NCBI GenBank assembly: GCA_030587475.2
Contig: JAUQYZ020000125.1
Location: 1 to 19,706 of the forward strand
Direction of reading: 5' to 3'
Length of the DNA: 19,706 bases
Source: Candidatus Sigynarchaeum calidifontis
Lineage (GTDB): Archaea > Asgardarchaeota > Lokiarchaeia > Sigyniarchaeales > Sigyniarchaeaceae
This document shows positions 1-7,382 of the stretch, one piece after another; position 1 is the first letter of the stretch; the number at the start of each line of letters is the position of its first letter. Position numbers and translations under genes: made by a program. The notes beneath the pieces were generated by a model. That model was not told the DNA's origin. It did not search any database and was given only the letters and a program-made list of their open reading frames with translations.

Positions 1-288
1 ATGATCTACGCGACCCAGCTCGCGGATAAATTCATGCCGATCTTGATAGGTGGGCTGGTCGGCATCCTGGCGGGCATCATTGCCGGGTGGATAGCTACGA
101 CCACCATCGCCTTGAACTTCGTGCCGTTTAACCCGTTACTGCATTACCCTATAGGATTGACCGTCACGGGCGAGACTATCTTGATCCAAGCAATCATCCC
201 CATGGTGTTATACCTGGGGGTCATCTTGGTCGCAATACAAAACGAAATACGACAAAGCCTTGGCTCGATCATGGACGAGGAGGATTAG
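1..288 (+). CDS. C-terminal fragment of an ABC transporter permease (FtsX/MacB-like), 5' truncated by the window edge
   Basis: Two hydrophobic helices (ILIGGLVGILAGIIAGWIA; ILIQAIIPMVLYLGVILVAI), directly upstream of a LolD/MacB-type ATPase. Confidence 0.65.
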   Translation: MIYATQLADKFMPILIGGLVGILAGIIAGWIATTTIALNFVPFNPLLHYPIGLTVTGETILIQAIIPMVLYLGVILVAIQNEIRQSLGSIMDEED

Positions 289-320
289 AAGATGATTACA
301 AGAACAGAGGTTAAAAAGAA

Positions 321-1352
321 ATGATAGACGGAGAACGGAAACTGAAAGTAGAGGACGAAGCAGGAAAACGGTACGATCTCGATCCCGCCGCTTGCATCAA
401 CATTTTCAACTTGTACAAGGTTTACAAGCGGGACAAGATCGAGGTCGTCGCCTTGCGTGGCCTCAACTTGCGCGTGAAACGTGGGGAAGTCTTGATGGTC
501 GTTGGCCCATCTGGATGCGGGAAAACCACGCTACTCAACTTGATCGGCGGGCTCGACAAGCCAACGGCGGGCAAAATATTCATCGACAATGAGGACATCA
601 CGGATCTCAATTACGATGCGCTGACAGTTTATCGCAGGAAAAAGATCGGTTTCGTGTTCCAATTCATGAATCTCGTGAGATCGCTTAATGCTTACGAGAA
701 CGTTGAACTGCCGCTCATATCGCTTGGCGTTCCAGACAGCGAACGAAAACAAAGGGTTAACGAATTGCTTGATGTCGTTGGCTTGCGGGATAGAAGGCTC
801 CATTACCCGACAGAGCTCAGCGGCGGGGAACAGCAGCGGATTGCCATCGCCACGGCGCTCGCGAACAACCCGTCCATCATCCTGGCCGACGAGCCAACAG
901 GCGAGCTCGATTCGACCAACGCGCACGAGGTCATGGCCGTGTTCAAGTCGCTCGTCGCCAAGTACCCGAACATCACGGTCATCATCGTGACCCACGATCT
1001 CTCCTTGAAAAACTACGCCGACCGGCTGGTCCGTATGCGGGACGGCATGGTCGACGAGGCCTTGCAGTTACATTACTTGAAAGATGGAAAAAACGTCCAA
1101 GGGGAAGTAGAAAATGGACTTGCCCAATTGACAGGCAAGATCGGTGACGTCGGCAGTTTACTTCCGCAATACCCGTCAATCGCGGATATCAAGTATTGCT
1201 CGAAATGCAACGATACGCGGATACAAGTAAACATTCTCAAAGCTATCAACGTCGATAAGCCACATCCTTTATTCCAGATTCGCGATGCTGTTGTCATTTG
1301 CAATGAATGCCAAAACGTCGAGAAGATAAAGGTGAAAGTCTTTCACCAATAA
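321..1352 (+). CDS. ABC transporter ATP-binding protein, LolD/MacB family, with C-terminal CxxC-x30-CxxC extension
   Basis: Walker A GPSGCGKTT, Q-loop GFVFQFMNL, signature LSGGEQQR, Walker B IILADEPTGELD, H-loop VTHD; tail CSKC...CNEC. Confidence 0.93.
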   Translation: MIDGERKLKVEDEAGKRYDLDPAACINIFNLYKVYKRDKIEVVALRGLNLRVKRGEVLMVVGPSGCGKTTLLNLIGGLDKPTAGKIFIDNEDITDLNYDALTVYRRKKIGFVFQFMNLVRSLNAYENVELPLISLGVPDSERKQRVNELLDVVGLRDRRLHYPTELSGGEQQRIAIATALANNPSIILADEPTGELDSTNAHEVMAVFKSLVAKYPNITVIIVTHDLSLKNYADRLVRMRDGMVDEALQLHYLKDGKNVQGEVENGLAQLTGKIGDVGSLLPQYPSIADIKYCSKCNDTRIQVNILKAINVDKPHPLFQIRDAVVICNECQNVEKIKVKVFHQ

Positions 1353-1420
1353 TCGGGGTCCAACCTTCATTTCAAGGAGAGAAGGAACTGTCACAAGATC
1401 ACCACCATAAACCGAAAATT

Positions 1421-1449
1421 ATTTATTTTCGTTGCCTTTTTTGTCTTTC
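1421..1449 (+). terminator. Possible T-rich archaeal-type terminator after the ABC ATPase
   Basis: ATTTATTTTCGTTGCCTTTTTTGTCTTTC tract about 70 nt after the stop; it also abuts the next promoter. Confidence 0.3.
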
Positions 1450-1454
1450 ATAGG

Positions 1455-1462
1455 TTTAAATA
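1455..1462 (+). promoter_or_regulatory. TATA box for the PKD/DUF4430/ECF operon
   Basis: TTTAAATA about 75 nt upstream of ATG 1536; AGGTGA RBS-like motif about 10 nt before the ATG. Confidence 0.5.
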
Positions 1463-1535
1463 ACTGGCACAAGATCTCGAGCCGAACCTCGAGCCTCGAT
1501 TCATGACTTTGGAAAGAAGAAGGTGAAAATCGGCA

Positions 1536-2783
1536 ATGCAGAGAAAACCCACAGCGTTCATTATTTCCTTGATTTGCATCTCGACCTTGCTGGCGGTCAT
1601 GCAGCTGAACTTGCCTCGTGCAACAGCTGGTCCGATTCCCACGCCGGCACCGGATGTTTCGTACACGTGGAACGTGCTTGCTTCGAGCGGGGATGTCTGG
1701 TGGTTCAACAATGCTTATGGTGACGAGGGCCATCATGCCATAGAGACGGGCGGGCGCATCACCTACAACTTGACGGGCAAATATCCCAACGATGCATCGT
1801 GGTCGATCATTTCGGGCAACGTCTGGTACGGGAATTTCAGCATATACTATGCCAACGCGACGCTAAACTGGACCAAAACGAACTGCTCGTCGACGGAGGT
1901 CGGGAGCAACCTCGTGCTGAGCGTCTACTCGTGGCAAGGTAGCTTGATCGCCCCGAGTAATTGGTCACAAAACAAGATTGACATGGAATCGCAGCCCGCG
2001 GACCATTTCTTGTACCGGGACATCAGCGACACCATTATCATCGATTACACGTATGGCGGCCAGATCACGCACATGGAATACAACAAGACGACGAGCGTGC
2101 TCACCTATGCCAAGACATCGGCGTTTGGTTTCTCGCTTGAGATCCAGCTCGCGGGCCTGGCGTCCTTGCCCGTGGCAGCCTTGAGCGTGAACGAGAGCAC
2201 CTTGGTCGAGGATTTCCCCGTGCAATTTACCGACATGAGCTTTGCTGGCGTGCGGCCGTACGTATACTCGTGGGATTTTGGAGACGGATATTCATCGCCA
2301 AGCCAAAATCCATCGCATGTTTATGCATCGCCAGGCAGCTATAACGTCAACCTCACGATCACCGACGCGGCATCGAACACGAGCTCGCAAATCCTTTCGA
2401 TCGTGGTGCAAGCCGACACCCTCCCTACCGCCGATTTCATCATGACAGGCACGCCAGGCGTTAACAAGCCCCTCGTTTTCACGAGCACGTCGCATGGTGG
2501 CAACATCGGCCTCACTTTCACGTGGAACTTTGGCGACGGATCCCCGGTTTCACACTTGCAAAACGTGACGCACACGTTCAACCGCACTGGCTCGTTTACC
2601 GTGACGCTCACGGTCCGGGACGTGGACGGGGACGAGGACACCAAGACCCAAGTTATCGTCATCCAAGCGGAGATCCCTGGGGCAGATATTGTTCTGGTGA
2701 CTACGTGCGTGCTGCTAACTGCAGGGATCACGGCAACGATAGTATCTCGGAAAATATCACGAAGCAAACGGCAAGAATCATGA
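1536..2783 (+). CDS. Secreted, C-terminally anchored surface protein with two PKD domains
   Basis: N-terminal signal peptide; PKD motifs YSWDFGDG...PSHVYASPGSYNVNLTITD and TWNFGDG...VTHTFNRTGSFTVTLTVRD; IPG + TM helix + basic tail; many N-x-S/T sequons. Confidence 0.88.
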   Translation: MQRKPTAFIISLICISTLLAVMQLNLPRATAGPIPTPAPDVSYTWNVLASSGDVWWFNNAYGDEGHHAIETGGRITYNLTGKYPNDASWSIISGNVWYGNFSIYYANATLNWTKTNCSSTEVGSNLVLSVYSWQGSLIAPSNWSQNKIDMESQPADHFLYRDISDTIIIDYTYGGQITHMEYNKTTSVLTYAKTSAFGFSLEIQLAGLASLPVAALSVNESTLVEDFPVQFTDMSFAGVRPYVYSWDFGDGYSSPSQNPSHVYASPGSYNVNLTITDAASNTSSQILSIVVQADTLPTADFIMTGTPGVNKPLVFTSTSHGGNIGLTFTWNFGDGSPVSHLQNVTHTFNRTGSFTVTLTVRDVDGDEDTKTQVIVIQAEIPGADIVLVTTCVLLTAGITATIVSRKISRSKRQES

Positions 2784-3199
2784 CCGAGCAGCGAAACACC
2801 AGGGCCATCAACAAAAAGGCGACACTGGTCCTCTTCATCGTGTCTTTTTCATCGCTGGTCGTGGTCTATTCATCTTTAACCTTTTTTCTTGGAGGAAGCA
2901 ATCGAATCGAAACGGACCGCATCACGCTTTCAAACGTCACGGTCTGGGTTTATTTCAAGGAGAAACCACCAGCTCACAAGGAGGGCGTGACCTCCCGCGT
3001 CCTCAACGCGACGGTTTTCGACGTGATGCACGACGAGTTTTCTATCAGGTATAAGCAGTATCCGACGGGGTATTTCATCGAGTGGATCAACGATGCAGGG
3101 CCAAGCTGGACATACATGGTCAACAACGTGTCTCCCCTCATAGCATGCAATAAATTCGTGTTGTCGAATGATTCCGTGATTGTTTGGACACAAGAATGA
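2780..3199 (+). CDS. Membrane-anchored DUF4430 / transcobalamin C-terminal-like protein (possible corrinoid binding)
   Basis: True start is probably ATG 2780 (ATGA overlap with the PKD stop), not 2522. N-terminal TM, then TVFDVM...GYFIEWIND...WTYMVN...L.NDSVIVW, the DUF4430 pattern. Confidence 0.75.
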   Translation: MTEQRNTRAINKKATLVLFIVSFSSLVVVYSSLTFFLGGSNRIETDRITLSNVTVWVYFKEKPPAHKEGVTSRVLNATVFDVMHDEFSIRYKQYPTGYFIEWINDAGPSWTYMVNNVSPLIACNKFVLSNDSVIVWTQE

Positions 3200-3807
3200 T
3201 GGCAATGACCGAAACCACCATGCCGACTACAAGTTCTCGCCTGGCGCGAGATTCGAAAATGACGTTAAAATTGGCGATAGTTGCGAGCTATGCAGGCCTG
3301 AGCGTCGGAGGCGCATACATGCTCACGCTGATTCCGAACATAGAAATATTTTCAGCGCTTCTTTTTCTTGGAGGCATGTTATTTGGGAAGAAATTGGGGG
3401 TGTTCATTGCCCTGGTTGCAGCATTGATATACGGACTCTTCAACATCTATGGAGCGTCCCCGTGGCCCCTCTTGATCGTCCAGCTTGGCTGCTATGCCGG
3501 TTTAGGGCTAATCGGAGGCTTCTGTAAAGAATCGAGAGCCATCCAGCCGATCACCCGACGAACACAAGGAATTTTCGGCTTAATTGGTATAAGTTTCGCC
3601 TTCGTGTACACGATGCTGGCCGACATCATTTTCCCGCTCTTCACGGGGGGACAATACACGATTACCTTGTGGATTCTTTACGGCATGCCAATGCGATTCG
3701 TATTGATGACGTGCGACTTGATCACGTTCAGCCAGCTCGTGCCGTTGGTGTATATCGCGACGGAAAAGCATCTTCGAAGCATATTTCCACACGCGCTGGA
3801 ATTATGA
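3196..3807 (+). CDS. ECF transporter S component, CbrT-like (cobalamin predicted)
   Basis: ATGA overlap with the upstream stop; about 6 TM helices; IPNIE motif followed by LFLGGMLFGKKLG; adjacent to a DUF4430-like gene. Confidence 0.75.
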   Translation: MMAMTETTMPTTSSRLARDSKMTLKLAIVASYAGLSVGGAYMLTLIPNIEIFSALLFLGGMLFGKKLGVFIALVAALIYGLFNIYGASPWPLLIVQLGCYAGLGLIGGFCKESRAIQPITRRTQGIFGLIGISFAFVYTMLADIIFPLFTGGQYTITLWILYGMPMRFVLMTCDLITFSQLVPLVYIATEKHLRSIFPHALEL

Positions 3808-3945
3808 TGGGATCGGCGATCAAGAAGGGGTGATTTCAAGAAGGATGGACGTGTGAGGAGCCATTTCTACATCCTAGCAGAATACCCCGTTCTTGACACC
3901 AACCTTTATTTCAAGCCCACTCCGGTCATCGGATGCCTTGTTGGT

Positions 3946-4989
3946 TTAGACCTTGATGATTGTATCGGCCGCCTTCCGGAGGCGGTTCGCGACTGCCCGC
4001 CCGAGGCCATCTTCGGTCGTGCAGTCAGCGAATATGATGTCGACGCGAAGGTCATCCATTTCCCGGAAAGTGCTAAACAAGTTCCGGGCGACTTGCTCGT
4101 CATTGGCACCGATGCGGCGGCATATCACTCCATCGACTCGGATGTCCATCGTACATGACAGTATCGCGACTTTCTTTGCTTCCCCGGTGGCCGACTTCGC
4201 GAGTGCCATGATCTTTTCAATAACGCGCTCGCGCTGGCCTTCCACGAGAACGAGGGTAGCTTCGGGCGCGTAATGCTTTGTTTTCATGCCCGGCGACTCG
4301 ATCGCCCCCTCTTGCGCTTTACCGCGGGCGGACGGGTGGATATCAACCTGCCCGACGACCGCCTCGATGCGCTCGAGCGGGATCCCGCCAGGGCGGAGGA
4401 GTATTGGCGTTTTCTTTGTCAGATCGATGATAGTCGATTCGACGCCGATGTTCGAATCCCCGCCGTCGATCACCGCGTCGATGCGCCCGTCCAAATCCGC
4501 GAGAACGTGGCTTGCCCTCGTCGGGCTGGGATGCTCGAATAAATTGGCCGACGGCGCCGCGATGGGCACGCCAGATCTCTCGATGAACGCGCGGGCAACG
4601 GGATGGCTCGGCATGCGCACGGCGACCGTGTCAAGCCCCGATGTAACGATGTCTGGAACCCGGGGGGATTTCTTGAACACCAGCGTGAGTGGTCCTGGCC
4701 AGAAAGCCTTCATAAGTGCTTGAGCTGTGCTGCCAACCGCGCCGGGTACCACGAGATTTGCAACCATCGAATCGTTCGACACGTGCACGATGAGCGGGTC
4801 ATCGGCGGGTCGTTTCTTTGCAGCGAAGATCCTCGCTACTGCCGCGGCATCAAACGTGTTCGCGCCGAGACCATAGACGGTCTCCGTTGGAAAGGCAACG
4901 ATGCCACCATTCTTGATGATAGCTGCCGCTGGTGCGACCTGGCCAGCGATGTCCTTGCCGGCCTCGATTTTAAAAACGCGTGTTCTCGT
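3946..4989 (-). CDS. sua5: L-threonylcarbamoyladenylate synthase Sua5 (YrdC + SUA5 domains); start uncertain
   Basis: The frame stays open upstream of the tracked GTG 4788 and encodes TRVFKIE...IIKNGGIVAFPTETVYGLGAN...KKRPADDPLIVH; then PGPLT, AVRMP, APSAN, GVESTIID, LRPGG, PGMKTKHYAP, NRLRKA. No ATG/GTG/TTG lies in frame between TGA 5010-5008 and 4788; ACG 4989 is used as a provisional start. Confidence 0.92.
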   Translation of the reverse strand, partial: TRTRVFKIEAGKDIAGQVAPAAAIIKNGGIVAFPTETVYGLGANTFDAAAVARIFAAKKRPADDPLIVHVSNDSMVANLVVPGAVGSTAQALMKAFWPGPLTLVFKKSPRVPDIVTSGLDTVAVRMPSHPVARAFIERSGVPIAAPSANLFEHPSPTRASHVLADLDGRIDAVIDGGDSNIGVESTIIDLTKKTPILLRPGGIPLERIEAVVGQVDIHPSARGKAQEGAIESPGMKTKHYAPEATLVLVEGQRERVIEKIMALAKSATGEAKKVAILSCTMDIRVDGVICRRIGANDEQVARNLFSTFREMDDLRVDIIFADCTTEDGLGRAVANRLRKAADTIIKV

Positions 4990-5083
4990 CCGCGTGCACC
5001 ATGCCGGTCAAGCATCCGACTTGCAAAAAACATTATCAAGACTCGTGCCCGATACTCTATTCTGTTGAACGAGGTGTTGGAAA

Positions 5084-6391
5084 ATGTGCGATACGATCGT
5101 TGCATACACGAAAGATGGCATGATTTTCGGGAAGAATTCCGACCGGGATCCAGACGAGGTGCAGAACATCGAGATCGTGCCAGCCCAGGATCATCAGGCG
5201 GGCGAGAAGGTCAAGTGCACCTACATCGAGATCCCGCAAGTCGACCACACGCACGAGGTGTTCCTCTCAAAGCCGTACTGGATCTGGGGTGCCGAGATGG
5301 GCGTGAACGATCATGGCGTGTGTATCGGAAACGAGGCTATCTTCACCAAGGTCAAGCCGGTGAAAGAAAAGCGACTCTTGGGCATGGACTTGCTGCGGCT
5401 CGGCCTCGAGCGGGGAAGGACGGCGAAAGAAAGCCTGGACGTGATCGTGGACTTGCTCGTGACGCATGGCCAAGGCGGTAACCACGGGCACTCGCACAAG
5501 GTATTTTACAACAACGAGTACTTGATCGCCGATTGCAAGGAGGCTTACGTGCTCGTGGCCATCGACCGCATGTGGGCCTGGAAACGGGTAACGGGGGCAT
5601 ATAGTATCTCGAACGCGATCAGCTTCGGTACCGATTTCGATGCTGCATCGGACGATCTCGTGAAACACGCGGTGAAAAAGGGCTGGGCATCGGGAAAGGA
5701 AACGCTTGACATGAAGCACTCGTATTCGGCGGGGTTCATGACCCGCATGGCCAAGTCGGATGATCGCGCTGCCTGCACGTTGGCTGCCGTCTCCAAGGAA
5801 GGGCTGCAAGTAACCGACGTCATGGACGCGCTCCGGTCGCACGGCGCCCGGGACGCATCGCCTGGGTATAACCCGATGCAAAACAACAGGATAGCCGTTT
5901 GCGCCCACGAAACCAGCATCACGAGCCCTTCCCAGACGACCGGCTCCATCGTGGCATGGTGCCCGCCTTCGGGGGACTTCCATGTATTTGCCACAGCATC
6001 GAGCACGCCGTGCGTGTCCACGTTCAAGTACGTGTATTCGAAGGCCGCGAGATTGCCGGCGTCGTACAAGCCAGGAACAAAGCAGCCCGACCGTGTCGCG
6101 TATTGGTGGAAGTGCGAGCGGGCGAATCATATTGCTATGCTGCATTATCAAAAGTTTATCGAGGAGATCGTGCCCGATCGACGCCAAATCGAGAAAGAGA
6201 TGGTTGCAAAGGTGCTTCAAGGCAAGGGTTCGCAGGATCTCGTGGATGAATCGTTCGCCAAGGCAGATGCCTTGATGAAAAAATTCACCAAGAAGCACGA
6301 GATCGAGCCACCAGAGCCGGCTGCTAAAAAAGGCGCGAAGCACCTCCGGAAACTCGACGCGAGAACAGGCCTGCTCTCGCTGCACCCGTGA
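5084..6391 (+). CDS. Peptidase family C69 (dipeptidase/secernin-like Ntn hydrolase)
   Basis: MCDT N-terminal Cys nucleophile, GKNSDRDPDE, CTYIEIPQV, WIWGAEMGVNDHGVCIGNEA, LLGMDLLRLGLERG; GAGGTG RBS at 5071-5076. Confidence 0.9.
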   Translation: MCDTIVAYTKDGMIFGKNSDRDPDEVQNIEIVPAQDHQAGEKVKCTYIEIPQVDHTHEVFLSKPYWIWGAEMGVNDHGVCIGNEAIFTKVKPVKEKRLLGMDLLRLGLERGRTAKESLDVIVDLLVTHGQGGNHGHSHKVFYNNEYLIADCKEAYVLVAIDRMWAWKRVTGAYSISNAISFGTDFDAASDDLVKHAVKKGWASGKETLDMKHSYSAGFMTRMAKSDDRAACTLAAVSKEGLQVTDVMDALRSHGARDASPGYNPMQNNRIAVCAHETSITSPSQTTGSIVAWCPPSGDFHVFATASSTPCVSTFKYVYSKAARLPASYKPGTKQPDRVAYWWKCERANHIAMLHYQKFIEEIVPDRRQIEKEMVAKVLQGKGSQDLVDESFAKADALMKKFTKKHEIEPPEPAAKKGAKHLRKLDARTGLLSLHP

Positions 6392-6438
6392 TGCTCACGG
6401 ACGAGATTCTTCCATTATCCAATTTTCATCTCGTTCGA

Positions 6439-7230
6439 TCAGTTACCGGAAGAAAGCCGCTCTGCGGCGATGATCGCCGAACCCAAGGCACCCGTGATCT
6501 GGGGATCCTTGGGGAGATATATCTTGGAGCCTAATTCCTTCTCGAGAGCGCGCACCATGCCCTGGTTCTTCGCCACGCCGCCGCAAAACACGACATCTGG
6601 GATAACGCCCATCCTACGAACCATCCCGTTAACGCGCGACGCGATGGCACGGTGCAAGCCGTGGATGATGTTGGGCTTGGACTCGCCGGATGCGATGAGG
6701 CTGATGACCTCTGACTCGGCGAATACCGTGCACGTCGACGATATCGTGACCTCCTTGGTCGATTTTGAATCGAGATCCCCGAGATTATCAAGTTCCACGT
6801 CGAGCGTTTTTGCCATGACCTCCAGGAACCGCCCAGTGCCTGCAGCGCACTTGTCGTTCATCTGGAAATCGAGCACCTTTCCCCCCTTGCCGAGCAAGAT
6901 GACCTTCGTGTCCTGGCCACCCATGTCGATGACGGTCTTGGCATTCGGGAGAAAGTAAGCAACGCCCTTCGCGTGGGCCGTGATCTCCGTGACAGGCGCT
7001 TGACCATAGATGTCCTTGATCGAGTGGCGGCCGTAGCCGGTGCCGAGGATCGAATTCACGTCCTTCATGGTCAAGTTCTGTTTCTTCAACATCTCGTCGA
7101 CGAGCTCCTTCGCGCGTTCTTTAAAGGAATGGCGACTGCGCTCTATCACATAATCCAGGATCGCATTGTCCTTGAGAAGTACAACCTTGGTAGCGAGCGA
7201 TCCGATGTCGATACCGACTGTGATCGTCAT
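6439..7230 (-). CDS. 2-hydroxyacyl-CoA dehydratase activator (HgdC / BadF-BadG-BcrA-BcrD ASKHA ATPase, [4Fe-4S])
   Basis: Start at ATG 7230 (MTITVGIDIGS); TGYGR, TEITAH, DMGGQDTK, MNDKCAAGTGRFLE, ISSTCTVFAESEVIS, GGVAKN, TGALG. Confidence 0.92.
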   Translation of the reverse strand: MTITVGIDIGSLATKVVLLKDNAILDYVIERSRHSFKERAKELVDEMLKKQNLTMKDVNSILGTGYGRHSIKDIYGQAPVTEITAHAKGVAYFLPNAKTVIDMGGQDTKVILLGKGGKVLDFQMNDKCAAGTGRFLEVMAKTLDVELDNLGDLDSKSTKEVTISSTCTVFAESEVISLIASGESKPNIIHGLHRAIASRVNGMVRRMGVIPDVVFCGGVAKNQGMVRALEKELGSKIYLPKDPQITGALGSAIIAAERLSSGN

Positions 7231-7382
7231 GAACGCTGTCCTCGTGAAGTAAGCTACAAAAGCTCGGGGCGATAATAAACCCGGCCTGGAGCATGGCCGG
7301 GTCAATCTCTCCCGAGAACCATTCAACCTTCTGGAACCGCAGTATGTTTTTTTATGGAACAGCTCCCCATCATGACTCGATT

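Noticed and set aside
1353-1535. Cobalamin riboswitch upstream of the putative B12 operon; CTCGAGCC direct repeat at about 1476-1495
   Set aside because: No B12-box or GGGAA core recognisable; the repeat is two short copies of a word common in this sequence
2522-2779. N-terminal extension of the DUF4430-like ORF
   Set aside because: Off-frame overlap with the second PKD domain; ATGA coupling at 2780 is the better start
3808-3945. Convergent gap and the 101 aa ORF 3853-4158
   Set aside because: ORF is mostly antisense to the sua5 3' end and has no recognisable features
5267-6385. 372 aa antisense ORF (also 4603-5481, 10586-11320, 15858-16559, 18290-19477)
   Set aside because: Shadow ORFs opposite or across well-supported genes, expected with GC-rich third positions; no motifs
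7231-7382. Overlapping divergent starts at 7326 (-) and 7293 (+)
   Set aside because: Homology-like motifs begin at 7230 and after 7383; the extensions are likely intergenic/promoter sequence
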